Origin: a bacterium
Lineage (GTDB): Bacteria; Patescibacteriota; Minisyncoccia; Phycocordibacterales; UBA1006
Direction: 5' to 3'
NCBI GenBank assembly: GCA_030433255.1
Contig: JAUIMI010000002.1
Span: forward strand, 65,177 to 129,176
DNA length: 64,000 nucleotides
Part shown: positions 20,416 through 30,670 of the stretch, one piece after another
Layout: the number at the start of each line of letters is the position of its first letter
Position numbering within the stretch: position 1 is the stretch's first letter
Translations under genes and position numbers: made by a program
The notes under the pieces: model-generated
Seen by the model: the letters and a program-made list of their open reading frames with translations, nothing else
Database searches by the model: none
What the model was told of the DNA's origin: nothing

Positions 20416-21348
20416 TTAGTTGTTTCGCATAGCTAACCTTTGTTGGTAGGTGTATCCTATTGGAGCACCACCACGATTAGTTACTAAAGCTGTTCTGTTT
20501 CCATTATTATTGTGTCCACCAACATTACCACCGTTTGGATTGTGATCAACATTCCCACCAGTATTAGTTGGTGCTGTTTGACCATTGTTATCAATAACTC
20601 GATTATTTACATAACGTACTTGAGGTTTTTGACTTACCTTTATTGCAGTATACGTATTCAAACCTAAGTTAAGAATATCAAGTCCATCGCGTAATAATTT
20701 ATTAGCTCTATGGATTGTCATATCAGCAGGAATACATGGGTATTTTTGCTTCAATTGCTCTAACTCTCTATTAGCTCGATTATTACCGTAGAATTCTAAA
20801 ACCCCAGCAGTATTATAACGAGTAATAAGTTGTTGAAGCTCCATATTTGCTTGTGTCATACATGCTAAATCAATATTATCTTGCATTAAGATTTTTTGAT
20901 TTTGCTCAATACGATCAAGTTTTTCACATGAATTACATGAGTCTGGTTTTTCAACAACAACCTTTTTTTCAACAACAACAGTTTTTGGAGATTTTATCTC
21001 TTCAATTTTATTCCCACATTGAGCAAGATATTGTTGAGATTTTCCAATATAATTCCAAACTTTTCCGTTTGGTATCTTTATGTAGTTTCTATTATGGTTT
21101 GCATAATATCCTTCTTCAAAAAGAACAAACTGTTGTTCATTTAAAACCTCAACTTCAAAAGTATATACTTTTGAATCAATTGTTGCTTTATATGAACCAG
21201 AGTTATTGATATTGTTATGAATGTATTTCGAGATAGTTCCCTCAACACCATCATTCCAATGAGCTCCAGTTACTGGACGACCAATTCCATTTTGAGCTTT
21301 TACGCTTAATGAAATAAACAAAAACGTTAACATAATTAAATTTTTCAT
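20416..21348 (-). CDS. Bacteroidota-like secreted protein (CGN and GGxVDHNPN motifs)
   Basis: Signal peptide ..VKA|QNG; shares motifs with the neighbouring gene. Confidence 0.7.
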   Translation of the reverse strand: MKNLIMLTFLFISLSVKAQNGIGRPVTGAHWNDGVEGTISKYIHNNINNSGSYKATIDSKVYTFEVEVLNEQQFVLFEEGYYANHNRNYIKIPNGKVWNYIGKSQQYLAQCGNKIEEIKSPKTVVVEKKVVVEKPDSCNSCEKLDRIEQNQKILMQDNIDLACMTQANMELQQLITRYNTAGVLEFYGNNRANRELEQLKQKYPCIPADMTIHRANKLLRDGLDILNLGLNTYTAIKVSQKPQVRYVNNRVIDNNGQTAPTNTGGNVDHNPNGGNVGGHNNNGNRTALVTNRGGAPIGYTYQQRLAMRNN

Positions 21349-21502
21349 AATTTATAGTTTTAATGGTTATATTTAATTTTTATTAGAGACTTGCTCTTGT
21401 GTACAGATAAATTATTACCTTCACACAAGAGCAAGTTCCAACGTTTTTAACCATTAAAACAAAAAATTTAATTAATTTATTAAATTTCAAAGGAACTTGC
21501 TT
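21349..21502 (-). promoter_or_regulatory. Structured 5' leader with alternative pairings
   Basis: Inverted repeats 21357-21369/21448-21460 and 21389-21402/21423-21436; 21430-21439 is also complementary to 21492-21501; promoter TTGACA-17-TAAATT at 21537-21509. Confidence 0.6.
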
Positions 21503-21588
21503 ATTATTAATTTATCATAAATAATATATTTTGTCAAGTATAAATACCCCTACGTATATTACGTAGGGGTATTGATAGTAATGTAATT

Positions 21589-22434
21589 TTACTGTTCTCC
21601 GATTTTTTTAGAGTTTGGTACGATGACTTTTTTGTCACGTGCATCAACAAACTTCATTAAATGGAATCGTTCTAAATATACCTTGGATTGTTTCTCAGAA
21701 ATAAACCAAAAATTCCCTGAGTAATCTTCGAGCACAAAATAGTTTGTACCATTATGTACAAAACATATTTTATATGACTCTTCTTTATTTTTTGGCCTAA
21801 ACACAACAAAACCTTTTGGGACAATGTCCCCTTGTTGGTATGTTTTAACATCGAAAAAATATCGATTCTCAGTGGAGGAAAAAGAATTTCTTTTACCAGA
21901 AGAACGTGTTCGTAATCCATAAGAAGGTGTTGTTCTATTTTGAGAGTATGAGGAAATCTTTTTCTTTCTCACCATAGGAAATATAGCTGGAAGACTATCT
22001 GTTCCAAAATTCACCCAGTATCGTTCTGCATATCCAGAGACGCTATCTATTTCTTCAACAGCAACAACAGGAGCAAGAAACTCTCGGGTGAGAGCTGTTC
22101 TGTTTTTTAAAACAACAATCTCTCCCTTTTTTGAACCAGAGGTATATCGTACTGGCTCTGTTTTCGGTATATGTAATTCTATACCGGAGAGCTTATCTAC
22201 CATGAGTACAGAACCATTGTCGGTTTGTTGAATATTTTCTGCGTTGGGATCCTGAAAAGCAGTAAATCCTTGTGAAACACTTGTGTATGCTGATTGCATA
22301 GTTTCTGGATTAATACCTTGTGCTTTAATATTTTCTGCTGTGAAATCTTGATTTGTTTGCGTAGGCATATTAAATGTAGATTTACACGAAGAAAGCATTA
22401 TCATTCCTAAAAGGAAAATACCTATTTTTTTCAT
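21589..22434 (-). CDS. Bacteroidota-like lipoprotein
   Basis: MKKIGIFLLGMIMLSS-C-KST lipobox; TTGACA-16-TATATT promoter. Confidence 0.7.
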   Translation of the reverse strand: MKKIGIFLLGMIMLSSCKSTFNMPTQTNQDFTAENIKAQGINPETMQSAYTSVSQGFTAFQDPNAENIQQTDNGSVLMVDKLSGIELHIPKTEPVRYTSGSKKGEIVVLKNRTALTREFLAPVVAVEEIDSVSGYAERYWVNFGTDSLPAIFPMVRKKKISSYSQNRTTPSYGLRTRSSGKRNSFSSTENRYFFDVKTYQQGDIVPKGFVVFRPKNKEESYKICFVHNGTNYFVLEDYSGNFWFISEKQSKVYLERFHLMKFVDARDKKVIVPNSKKIGEQ

Positions 22435-22560
22435 TTTTTAAAGTTTTATTGTATCGGTACCTGTCGGTACAACAGATACAGAATTATACAATATATTATT
22501 TTGTATTGAATATAACAGAAAATTAGATATTGTCAATAATATCTATGTACAAAAAAACAC

Positions 22561-24690
22561 CTACATTTGAGCTGGTGTATGATGATTTTCTATTTCCTCA
22601 CGAACACGTCGTAGTTTTTGAGACATATCAATATGAGGGTTTTGTTTTTGATGTTCATATAATTCTGACAAATCGTCACTAAAACGTTTAAAGGTTTTAT
22701 GGGTTTCAGCAAAATCTTCTGAAGCATCAAACATATCTTCGGCTTGTGTATGTTTTAACAAATCAAGAATGGTTGTTTGAACCAGTTTAATATTATGACG
22801 AATATCTTTCTCTGGGTTTAGTGTTTGTTCATCTTCAAGTTTACGTAAGTAATCAATTAAGAGTGAAATTTCAACACTTTTTGTATTAAATAAGGCTTGA
22901 GGATTCATTGACTGAGTATTAATGATTGGTGTTGTATCAAACGTTTCATTGTTATGAGAGGTATCATCCGCGTCTGTTTTTGTAATATTTTTAATATACA
23001 AATCAACCACTTTTTTAACTTCTTCTAAGCTTGTTGATCCGTTTAAGATTTTAATAACCCCATCTTCTCGCATATTTAATAAGCCTTGTTTTTCTGCAAC
23101 ACGGCGAACTTCTTGCTCTGATGGTTCCTTACCAAGAAGCTCTTCAATAAGCTCATCAGTAATGATTGCTTCAAATAACCCAATTCGACCCTTGTACCCT
23201 GTTCCATTACATACATCACAACCACGACCTCTGGTAAGCATAATTTCTTGGTCTACTGCAATATTGTATTCATGAATTGGTTTTCCGTTTTTAACTGCCT
23301 CTTTTAAAATATCACGTAACAGTTCTTCTTCCTCTGGTGTTGGTGATTCTTGATATTTACAATTTTGACAAACCTTTCTCACTAAACGTTGTGCCAATGA
23401 TACCGATAGTGCGGCGGCAAGAATTTGTGGAGAAACTCCTAAATCAATTAGACGTGGAATAACCCCAGCAGCACTGTTCGTATGTAATGTTGAAAGTACC
23501 AAGTGCCCCGTCAGTGAGGCATTAACAGCAATTGAAGCTGTTTCCCCATCACGAATCTCTCCAACCATAACAATATCTGGATCCTGACGTAGTGCTGCAC
23601 GAAGACCAGAGAGAAAATCATATCCCTTACTACGATTTACCTGCGTCTGACTAATACCTTCTAGGTGGTATTCAATAGGGTCTTCAATGGTAAGGATTTT
23701 AACTTCTGGGTTATAGACCTTATTCATAAATGAATACAGTGTTGTTGTCTTACCAGAACCTGTTGGTCCTGTGGTTAAAATCATCCCGTTTGGTTTATCA
23801 ATTTCTTTTAGTAAAATTTCAAATAACCGTGGTTCAATACCAAGATTTTCTAATCCAACCTTAATACCATCAGGATTCAAAATACGCATTACGAACGATT
23901 CTCCATAGGCACTTGGGATAACAGAAACACGCACTTCAATTTCTTTACCATCATAATCAATAGTAAAACGACCATCTTGAGCGTTTTTCGTTTGGGTAAT
24001 TTTCATCTCTGAAAGAAGCTTAATCCGAGAAAGAAGCTTTCGGTACGATTCGTGATCAAAAACGCTAATATCTTGTAGTACACCATCTTGTCTAAAACGC
24101 AAACGAACCTGTTCATCTTGGGCTTCAATATGAATATCTGAAGATTTTGTTGCAATAGCTCCACCAAAAATAATCTCCATGATGCGAGTTGTTTGTTTTG
24201 CACCACCTGCGGTAAACACTTTTTCTAGTTCTCCTGAAATATCTTTATTTGTTTTAATGTTTTGGGCGATTTTTTCCAACTCTTCTGCGGAAATATCTAA
24301 CATTCCACCTTGAGTCATAATTGCATGTGAAATGTCTGCATATCTATCCCAAGCTTTTTCAAGACTTCTTTGGGAAACCATATGAACACCAAGAGTGTAT
24401 TTTTCTGAAAGAGTTTCTAGAACCTTCTTTGTTTCAGGGAGATTGGGTGATTTTACTCCAAGATATAAATCCTTTCCTACAATTTTAAAAGGAGCAATAC
24501 GTGAATTACGTGCTTGATCTTCAGGAAGAGTTGCTAGCGCATCAGTTTCAATATTGGTACCAGATAAATCTATATACGGAAGATTAAATTTCTGAGCAAT
24601 ACGCTCTACAAAAGACTCTTCTTCTTTGTTTTTGATTTCTGTAATTTTTTTAGCTTGATTCGTATTATCAAAATTAACCATAGTACCCAT
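22561..24690 (-). CDS. pilB: GspE/PulE/PilB family type IV pilus assembly ATPase
   Basis: SDIHIE, GPTGSGKTT, TIEDPIE, LRQDPD..GEIRD, GHLVLSTLH, CxxC zinc motifs. Confidence 0.93.
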   Translation of the reverse strand: MGTMVNFDNTNQAKKITEIKNKEEESFVERIAQKFNLPYIDLSGTNIETDALATLPEDQARNSRIAPFKIVGKDLYLGVKSPNLPETKKVLETLSEKYTLGVHMVSQRSLEKAWDRYADISHAIMTQGGMLDISAEELEKIAQNIKTNKDISGELEKVFTAGGAKQTTRIMEIIFGGAIATKSSDIHIEAQDEQVRLRFRQDGVLQDISVFDHESYRKLLSRIKLLSEMKITQTKNAQDGRFTIDYDGKEIEVRVSVIPSAYGESFVMRILNPDGIKVGLENLGIEPRLFEILLKEIDKPNGMILTTGPTGSGKTTTLYSFMNKVYNPEVKILTIEDPIEYHLEGISQTQVNRSKGYDFLSGLRAALRQDPDIVMVGEIRDGETASIAVNASLTGHLVLSTLHTNSAAGVIPRLIDLGVSPQILAAALSVSLAQRLVRKVCQNCKYQESPTPEEEELLRDILKEAVKNGKPIHEYNIAVDQEIMLTRGRGCDVCNGTGYKGRIGLFEAIITDELIEELLGKEPSEQEVRRVAEKQGLLNMREDGVIKILNGSTSLEEVKKVVDLYIKNITKTDADDTSHNNETFDTTPIINTQSMNPQALFNTKSVEISLLIDYLRKLEDEQTLNPEKDIRHNIKLVQTTILDLLKHTQAEDMFDASEDFAETHKTFKRFSDDLSELYEHQKQNPHIDMSQKLRRVREEIENHHTPAQM

Positions 24691-24722
24691 AGTATACTAT
24701 ATATAGGTAGGAAATTATATGC

Positions 24723-24763
24723 ATAAAAAATCACTCGTTATATAATAACGAGTGATTTTTTAT
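24723..24763. terminator. Strong intrinsic terminator with no adjacent CDS to terminate
   Basis: ATAAAAAATCACTCGTTA-loop-TAACGAGTGATTTTTTAT. Confidence 0.85.
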
Positions 24764-24952
24764 TAAGTCCATAAAACTCTAAATACCCAGAAAAAAACTT
24801 TAAAATAAAGGATGACTAGACTTCAACGAGATAATCAGTGTGGTCACTACCAGGGTGAGCACCAATCATTCCTATCCGCAGAGCCAAATTCGCGAGATCT
24901 GATTATTTAGAGATTTATAAACTCAATAATGTTAATGTACGACTTAACTGTT
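24723..24952 (-). ncRNA. Candidate ~190-nt structured ncRNA (6S-like or novel) plus terminator
   Basis: TTGACA-16-TAATAT promoter (24984-24957); 5' and 3' ends pair (TTAAGTC/GACTTAA); long closing stem; no ORF longer than 17 aa on that strand seen. Confidence 0.55.
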
Positions 24953-25171
24953 TATAATATTATCATAATGAAAATATTTGTCAAGTTATTTACTTACCTG
25001 CAAAACAAGTTAGTGCTATAAATATAACACAGTCAGATAAACTGACCAGCAGCGGCTGTGTATAATATGTGAATAAGTGTTTTTTGTCAACACAGCCTAT
25101 ACAAAATAACATAAATACAATTATTCTGTCAATAAACCAAATATATTTTTTAAAATGATATAATAGGAATC

Positions 25172-26155
25172 ATGTCAGATATACCAACAACACAACTCCT
25201 TGATCCACAATTGCGGCCCAATTCTTGGGATGAATACATTGGACAACAAGCAATAAAAGACAACCTCCATATTCTATTAACAGCTGCCGCTGGCCGAAAA
25301 CAACAACCTGAACATATTTTATTCTATGGACCACCTGGGTTAGGAAAAACAACCCTCTCCCACCTTATTGCAAAAGAAATGAATACCGAAATTAAAATAA
25401 CCTCAGGACCAGCTATAGAAAAAGTAGGTGATCTTGCGAGTATTCTTACTAACCTTAGTTCTGGTGATATCTTATTTATTGATGAAATTCATCGATTAAA
25501 TACAAATATTGAAGAGGTTCTCTACCCTGCTATGGAATCCGGAGTATTAGATATTATTATTGGTAAGGGTCCATCAGCACGAACTATTCAATTAGACCTA
25601 CCACCATTTACATTAATTGCGGCGACAACTAAAATTGCGAGTTTATCAGCACCATTACGTTCTCGTTTTTCTGGTGGAGTGTTTAAACTAGAATTTTATA
25701 GTAACATAGAGATGGAAAAAATTATTTACCAATCTGCTGGTAAATTAGGTATTGAAATAACCGACGGTGGAGTACATGCGATTGCATCTCGTAGTCGTTC
25801 AACACCACGAACCGCAAACTATTTTCTAAAACGTGTTCGCGATTACGCAGAGGTTCACAACCAAAAAATAAATGAAGAAACAGTATTAGCTGCACTACAT
25901 ATGATTGGTGTTGATGAACTTGGTCTTCGTCAAACCGATCGTGATGTACTATTAACTATTATTGATAAATTTAACGGTGGGCCTGTTGGGGTAAAAACAA
26001 TAGCAACCGCAACACACGAAGAAACTGATTCCATCGAAAATGTTATAGAACCATACCTTATTCAAAAAGGATTATTGGAGCTAACACCACGCGGACGAAT
26101 CGCAACAAAAGAAGCCTACAACCATTTTGGAAAGGAGTTTGTTGAGAAAAAATAA
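25172..26155 (+). CDS. ruvB: Holliday junction branch migration helicase RuvB
   Basis: LRP..YIGQ, GPPGLGKTT, FIDEIHR, GGPVG, EPYLIQ..TPRGR. Confidence 0.98.
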   Translation: MSDIPTTQLLDPQLRPNSWDEYIGQQAIKDNLHILLTAAAGRKQQPEHILFYGPPGLGKTTLSHLIAKEMNTEIKITSGPAIEKVGDLASILTNLSSGDILFIDEIHRLNTNIEEVLYPAMESGVLDIIIGKGPSARTIQLDLPPFTLIAATTKIASLSAPLRSRFSGGVFKLEFYSNIEMEKIIYQSAGKLGIEITDGGVHAIASRSRSTPRTANYFLKRVRDYAEVHNQKINEETVLAALHMIGVDELGLRQTDRDVLLTIIDKFNGGPVGVKTIATATHEETDSIENVIEPYLIQKGLLELTPRGRIATKEAYNHFGKEFVEKK

Positions 26156-26185
26156 ACCACTATTATAAATAGTGGTTTTGTGTTT

Positions 26186-27064
26186 TTAAATTGCTTCTAA
26201 ACATCTTTGTTTATCTAAATCAGTGATAGAGATTTCCATTGAATTACTTACAAGATAAACTTCTAATTGATGAAGAGCACTTCTTTGTCCTTTTAAACTA
26301 AGAAATGTAATAGCCTCTGAAATAACTTTTTTTGAGGCTCCTAAGTAAATAGAATGTAGTATTTTTTTTACTTCTTTACTGGTAATAAAATACATAACCA
26401 TAGAATCAATTCTTTCTTTACTTGGTTTAATATTAAATTTCTCTAATTTATTTTTTTTATCAAAATAATGCTTATAAAAATAAAAAAATAATTTATCAAT
26501 ACTTTTTTGAGATAAATAATTAGATTTTTCTTTTAATATAGGTAGTAAATTATCTAATAAATAGTTAGGTTCATTTTTTAATAGGGATGTAATAACTACA
26601 TCCATGGTTTCATGGTTTTCTATTAGAAACGAGAGTTTTTTTAAATCATATTTTGATTTATTTTTAAGAAAATCTATACTATTTATTTTTATATTTTTTG
26701 CACCATTTTTATAAAGAAAACCCGCGGCTTCATAAGCTGAATTTTTTAAAGTTTTTTCTAGTTGTAAATTCAAAACATTCTTGCTTATATTAAATACAGG
26801 AAAAACTTTTTTTAAACCAGTGGTGAAACAAGAGTAATCAATATTGTTAAACACAAAGTTTTCAAATAAATCACCTTTTTCCTTTTGAGAAAGTTTATAA
26901 TTATATTTTTTTAAACACTCTTCAAGTTTATAATAATCACCTTTTTCAACAGATGATTTAATTAAAAGTTCATAAATCATTTTTTTTCGTTCTTTGGAAA
27001 AAGTAAAAAATAAAGTTATTTCTAGTCCAAAAATAGTACGTAAAAATTTATTCCATTTTTTCAT
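26186..27064 (-). CDS. Hypothetical very AT-rich Lys/Leu-rich helical-repeat protein
   Basis: 292-aa ORF with atypical composition and an A-rich leader. Confidence 0.65.
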   Translation of the reverse strand: MKKWNKFLRTIFGLEITLFFTFSKERKKMIYELLIKSSVEKGDYYKLEECLKKYNYKLSQKEKGDLFENFVFNNIDYSCFTTGLKKVFPVFNISKNVLNLQLEKTLKNSAYEAAGFLYKNGAKNIKINSIDFLKNKSKYDLKKLSFLIENHETMDVVITSLLKNEPNYLLDNLLPILKEKSNYLSQKSIDKLFFYFYKHYFDKKNKLEKFNIKPSKERIDSMVMYFITSKEVKKILHSIYLGASKKVISEAITFLSLKGQRSALHQLEVYLVSNSMEISITDLDKQRCLEAI

Positions 27065-27162
27065 TATTATTTTTTTTAAGTTAATTTAAATTAATTAAAT
27101 CATAAATAATTATTTTTACAATATCTTGCACTTAGAAACATTCCCTATTACACTATTTTCAT

Positions 27163-27690
27163 ATGGCAGGACATAACAAATGGTCAAAAATTAAACATAA
27201 AAAAGCAGCAACCGACGCAAAGAAATCAAAAATATTTGGAAAACTCGTTCGTCTTATCCAAGTTGAAGCAAAAAAATCTAACGGAGATGTGAATGCTCCA
27301 GGGTTAGCAGCAGCAATAGCAAAGGCAAACAAGGAAAACATGCCAAAAGATAATATTGAACGAGCTATTAAAAAAGCATCTGAAGCTGGAGACACTACAC
27401 CGGTACTCTATGAAGCTTATGGTCCAGGTGGTGTTGGAATTATTATTACTGGATTAACTGATAACAATAACAGAATGAGTGCGGAAATTAAACACACCCT
27501 ATCTAAACTAAATGGTTCACTTGGAACATCTGGTTCGGTATCATGGAATTTTACCCAAGATGAAAATCGAGATTGGGTTCCAAATACTACCTTAGAAATT
27601 GATGAAGATACTGGAACTAAATTAGAAAATCTTATCGAAGCATTAGAGGAAAATGATGATGTCCAAGATGTTTATCATAACGCAGAATAA
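27163..27690 (+). CDS. yebC: YebC/PmpR family protein (short form)
   Basis: MAGHNKWSKIKHKK, YEAYGPGG, DDVQDVYHN. Confidence 0.96.
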   Translation: MAGHNKWSKIKHKKAATDAKKSKIFGKLVRLIQVEAKKSNGDVNAPGLAAAIAKANKENMPKDNIERAIKKASEAGDTTPVLYEAYGPGGVGIIITGLTDNNNRMSAEIKHTLSKLNGSLGTSGSVSWNFTQDENRDWVPNTTLEIDEDTGTKLENLIEALEENDDVQDVYHNAE

Positions 27691-27719
27691 AAAACACCTA
27701 TGTAGGTGTTTTTTATTCT

Positions 27720-30620
27720 TTAAATATCAAGAGTAAATGATATTTCTTTTGGTATTTTTAATCCGTCTTCAGTTGTTGCGATAACTCGGACAATATTATT
27801 CTCTTCAAAATATGGTAATGAGTTTGGAACAAATTCAAAACCAAATGGATCAGATTCATCTGAAGCAATAAATGCATTATTGATAAATAATTGAACTAAA
27901 GAAATATCATCTTCATTTTCAATATTTCGCAAGCGAATTTCAATAACATCATCAATGTTATATACATCAGTTTCATCAATACCTCTAATCTCAAAATCTA
28001 CTGTATCAATATTTCCCTCTGCTATTTGACCATCAGCTAGATGGACATCATCATATTCTGTTGGGATATCTAATTCAATACCTAAAATACTCGATAAGTG
28101 TTCCTGCACAAAGAGCTGTACTCCATACTCCCAATTTTCATACTGGGAATCATTACGCGCATCATTACGTATTGTTGGATTATCTTTATTAATCCAATGA
28201 AGAATCGTATGTGGATCTGGTTGTGGAACCTCTATTTTGGTTTCTTCTGGTGTATATTCCGTTGCAAGTTTACCAGAAACAGAATCAATATAAATTGTTG
28301 TTCCTCCATACCAATCACCCTGAATCATGTTAGGTAATGAAGAGAAGTTTTCAGGTAGATCATAATCTTTGAATGATGAATTATCGTAATTTTTAATAAC
28401 TTCATCCATAAATTGACGCCATGGTTTACCAGAAATAGATGAACCTTTTTTCATAGGACTATTATCATTGTTTCCTGTCCAAACTCCAACAGCTACATCT
28501 GGTGTATATCCAATTAACCATGCATCTCGATTATCATTAGTAGTACCTGTTTTTCCAGCAACATCACGTTCTCCGAAGTAAAGGAATGATTGCGAACCAA
28601 AAAGTGGTGTTCGTGCAACATTGTCAGATAAAATACTATTAACCATACGTGCTGCATTTTTTTCAATAACCTGTTCTTCTTGTGAAAGGTATTTTTCTAA
28701 TACTTTTCCGTTTACATCAGTAACCTCAAGAATTCCTGTTGGCTTGTTGTATTCACCATCATTTGCAAAAACACTATACGCACTCGTCATTTCAAGAAGT
28801 GAAACCTCTCCACCACCAAGAACAAGACCAAGACCATAAAAATCAGGTGATTGAGTTAGTGACGTAATACCCATATCTCGTGCTTTTTGAATAACCCGAG
28901 TTAAACCAGCAAGGTAGTTAACCTTAATAGCAGGAATATTTCTTGATTGAGCTAATGCATTTCTAAATGTCATAGGTCCATTAAATTTGAAATCATAATT
29001 ATTCGGAGAATAACAACCATTTTCACTCGTTGTATCGGTTGCTTCACAACGACTATTGAATTGGGTTTCAGTATCAAAAATAGTACTCTCAGGAAGATAC
29101 CCACGCTCAAAGGCGGTTGCATACGCTATTGGTTTAAATGATGACCCTGGTTGCCTTAGGGCGGTTACCACATTAAAGTTCCCATCGAACTCTTCAGTAT
29201 CAAAATAATCACGAGAACCCACCATGGTAATAATATGACCAGTTTCTGATTCAATAGCTACCAAACCAGCGTTTGAAGCATCGTATGTTTCCTCTACTTC
29301 TTCTATGTGATTTTTAATAATTTCCTCTGCTTGCTGTTGAAGTTCATAATCAAGAGTTGTAATTACATGCAAACCTCCATTTTGAACCATATCAACACCA
29401 TATGTTTCCTCTAATTGTGCTCGTACATATTGCACAAAATGAAGTGACTTAGCATACCCTTCTTCTTCTGGAATAAACTCAACAACCTCATCAAGAGCGG
29501 TCCTATATTCCTCATCGCTAATGAAACCATATTTTTTCATCTCTCCTAATACAACACGCTGACGCTGATCAAGTTTATCTTTATTATTACCGTATGGAGA
29601 ATAGTAGGTTGGTAGATTTGGAATAGCTGCAAGGTACGCTGATTGGGCAATAGAAACTTCTGAAGCTGGAACACCAAAGAAACGTTTTGAGGCTTCTTGT
29701 ATACCGTAAATAGTACCACCATAAGGAGCTTCGTTAAGATAAATCTCAAGAATTTCATCTTTTGTTAATTTATCTTCAATTTTATACGCTAATACCCACT
29801 CTTTAACCTTTCGGGCTATGCGTTGGTCACGATTAAGGAGTGTATTTTTTACTACCTGCTGTGTTAGTGTTGAACCACCAGCAGTTCCTGCATCAGATAA
29901 TCCTGCTTTTGATAAAAGTGTTTGAGTAACAGCACGAATAGTTGATTTCCAAACCACACCATTATGTTCATAAAAAGAATGATCTTCGATGGCAATAATA
30001 GCATCTTTTACATGTTGATTAATATCATCAAAATCAACAACAGTACGTCTAATATTTTCATGAATATCATACAAAAGAATCTCTCCTGTTTTATCATAAA
30101 TCTTTGTTGAGTTTGAAATTTTTCTGTTTTCAAAATTAGCAACACTTGGAATTTCCAAGGTTGAAAACCATACAAAAAAGAAACCAGCAGCAGCAATAAG
30201 AGAGATAACAGCAAAAATAATTAATCCCTTTAAAATATTCCAGAAGTTTTTCTTTTTGTGTTTTTTTGTTTTTAATCTTTGAGTGGTAGATTTTTGTTTT
30301 TTTGTTTTTAGATTTTTAATTTGAGGCATAGTAATAAGAGATTTTTTTTCTTGAAAAAATAAACGTATATCTAAAAATAATATTGAAATTCTTGTTTTTA
30401 TTCGTAAGAAAAATTCTTTAATAAAAAACCAAACACTTGAACATAAAATACCTATGGTTTTAAATATATTTGAAAATTTCAATATCGGGGGTGTTTTTTT
30501 AGATTTTTTTAATGAAACCTCTCTTAATTTCATATACCGCCTATGTTTTTGAGCGAGTAACCGTTGTCGTTTTAAGTACTCACGGGTATGAATATCTTGT
30601 AATTTTTTACGAGGAATCAT
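27720..30620 (-). CDS. Class A penicillin-binding protein (PBP1A) with basic N-terminal extension and C-terminal Ig-like domain
   Basis: EDHSFYEH, GGSTLTQQ, RKVKE, YLN transglycosylase motifs; GSSFK, SRN, KTGT transpeptidase motifs. Confidence 0.95.
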   Translation of the reverse strand: MIPRKKLQDIHTREYLKRQRLLAQKHRRYMKLREVSLKKSKKTPPILKFSNIFKTIGILCSSVWFFIKEFFLRIKTRISILFLDIRLFFQEKKSLITMPQIKNLKTKKQKSTTQRLKTKKHKKKNFWNILKGLIIFAVISLIAAAGFFFVWFSTLEIPSVANFENRKISNSTKIYDKTGEILLYDIHENIRRTVVDFDDINQHVKDAIIAIEDHSFYEHNGVVWKSTIRAVTQTLLSKAGLSDAGTAGGSTLTQQVVKNTLLNRDQRIARKVKEWVLAYKIEDKLTKDEILEIYLNEAPYGGTIYGIQEASKRFFGVPASEVSIAQSAYLAAIPNLPTYYSPYGNNKDKLDQRQRVVLGEMKKYGFISDEEYRTALDEVVEFIPEEEGYAKSLHFVQYVRAQLEETYGVDMVQNGGLHVITTLDYELQQQAEEIIKNHIEEVEETYDASNAGLVAIESETGHIITMVGSRDYFDTEEFDGNFNVVTALRQPGSSFKPIAYATAFERGYLPESTIFDTETQFNSRCEATDTTSENGCYSPNNYDFKFNGPMTFRNALAQSRNIPAIKVNYLAGLTRVIQKARDMGITSLTQSPDFYGLGLVLGGGEVSLLEMTSAYSVFANDGEYNKPTGILEVTDVNGKVLEKYLSQEEQVIEKNAARMVNSILSDNVARTPLFGSQSFLYFGERDVAGKTGTTNDNRDAWLIGYTPDVAVGVWTGNNDNSPMKKGSSISGKPWRQFMDEVIKNYDNSSFKDYDLPENFSSLPNMIQGDWYGGTTIYIDSVSGKLATEYTPEETKIEVPQPDPHTILHWINKDNPTIRNDARNDSQYENWEYGVQLFVQEHLSSILGIELDIPTEYDDVHLADGQIAEGNIDTVDFEIRGIDETDVYNIDDVIEIRLRNIENEDDISLVQLFINNAFIASDESDPFGFEFVPNSLPYFEENNIVRVIATTEDGLKIPKEISFTLDI

Positions 30621-30670
30621 ACACCTATTATACATAGAACTTTTTTAATACAAATAAAAAAACACTTAAA

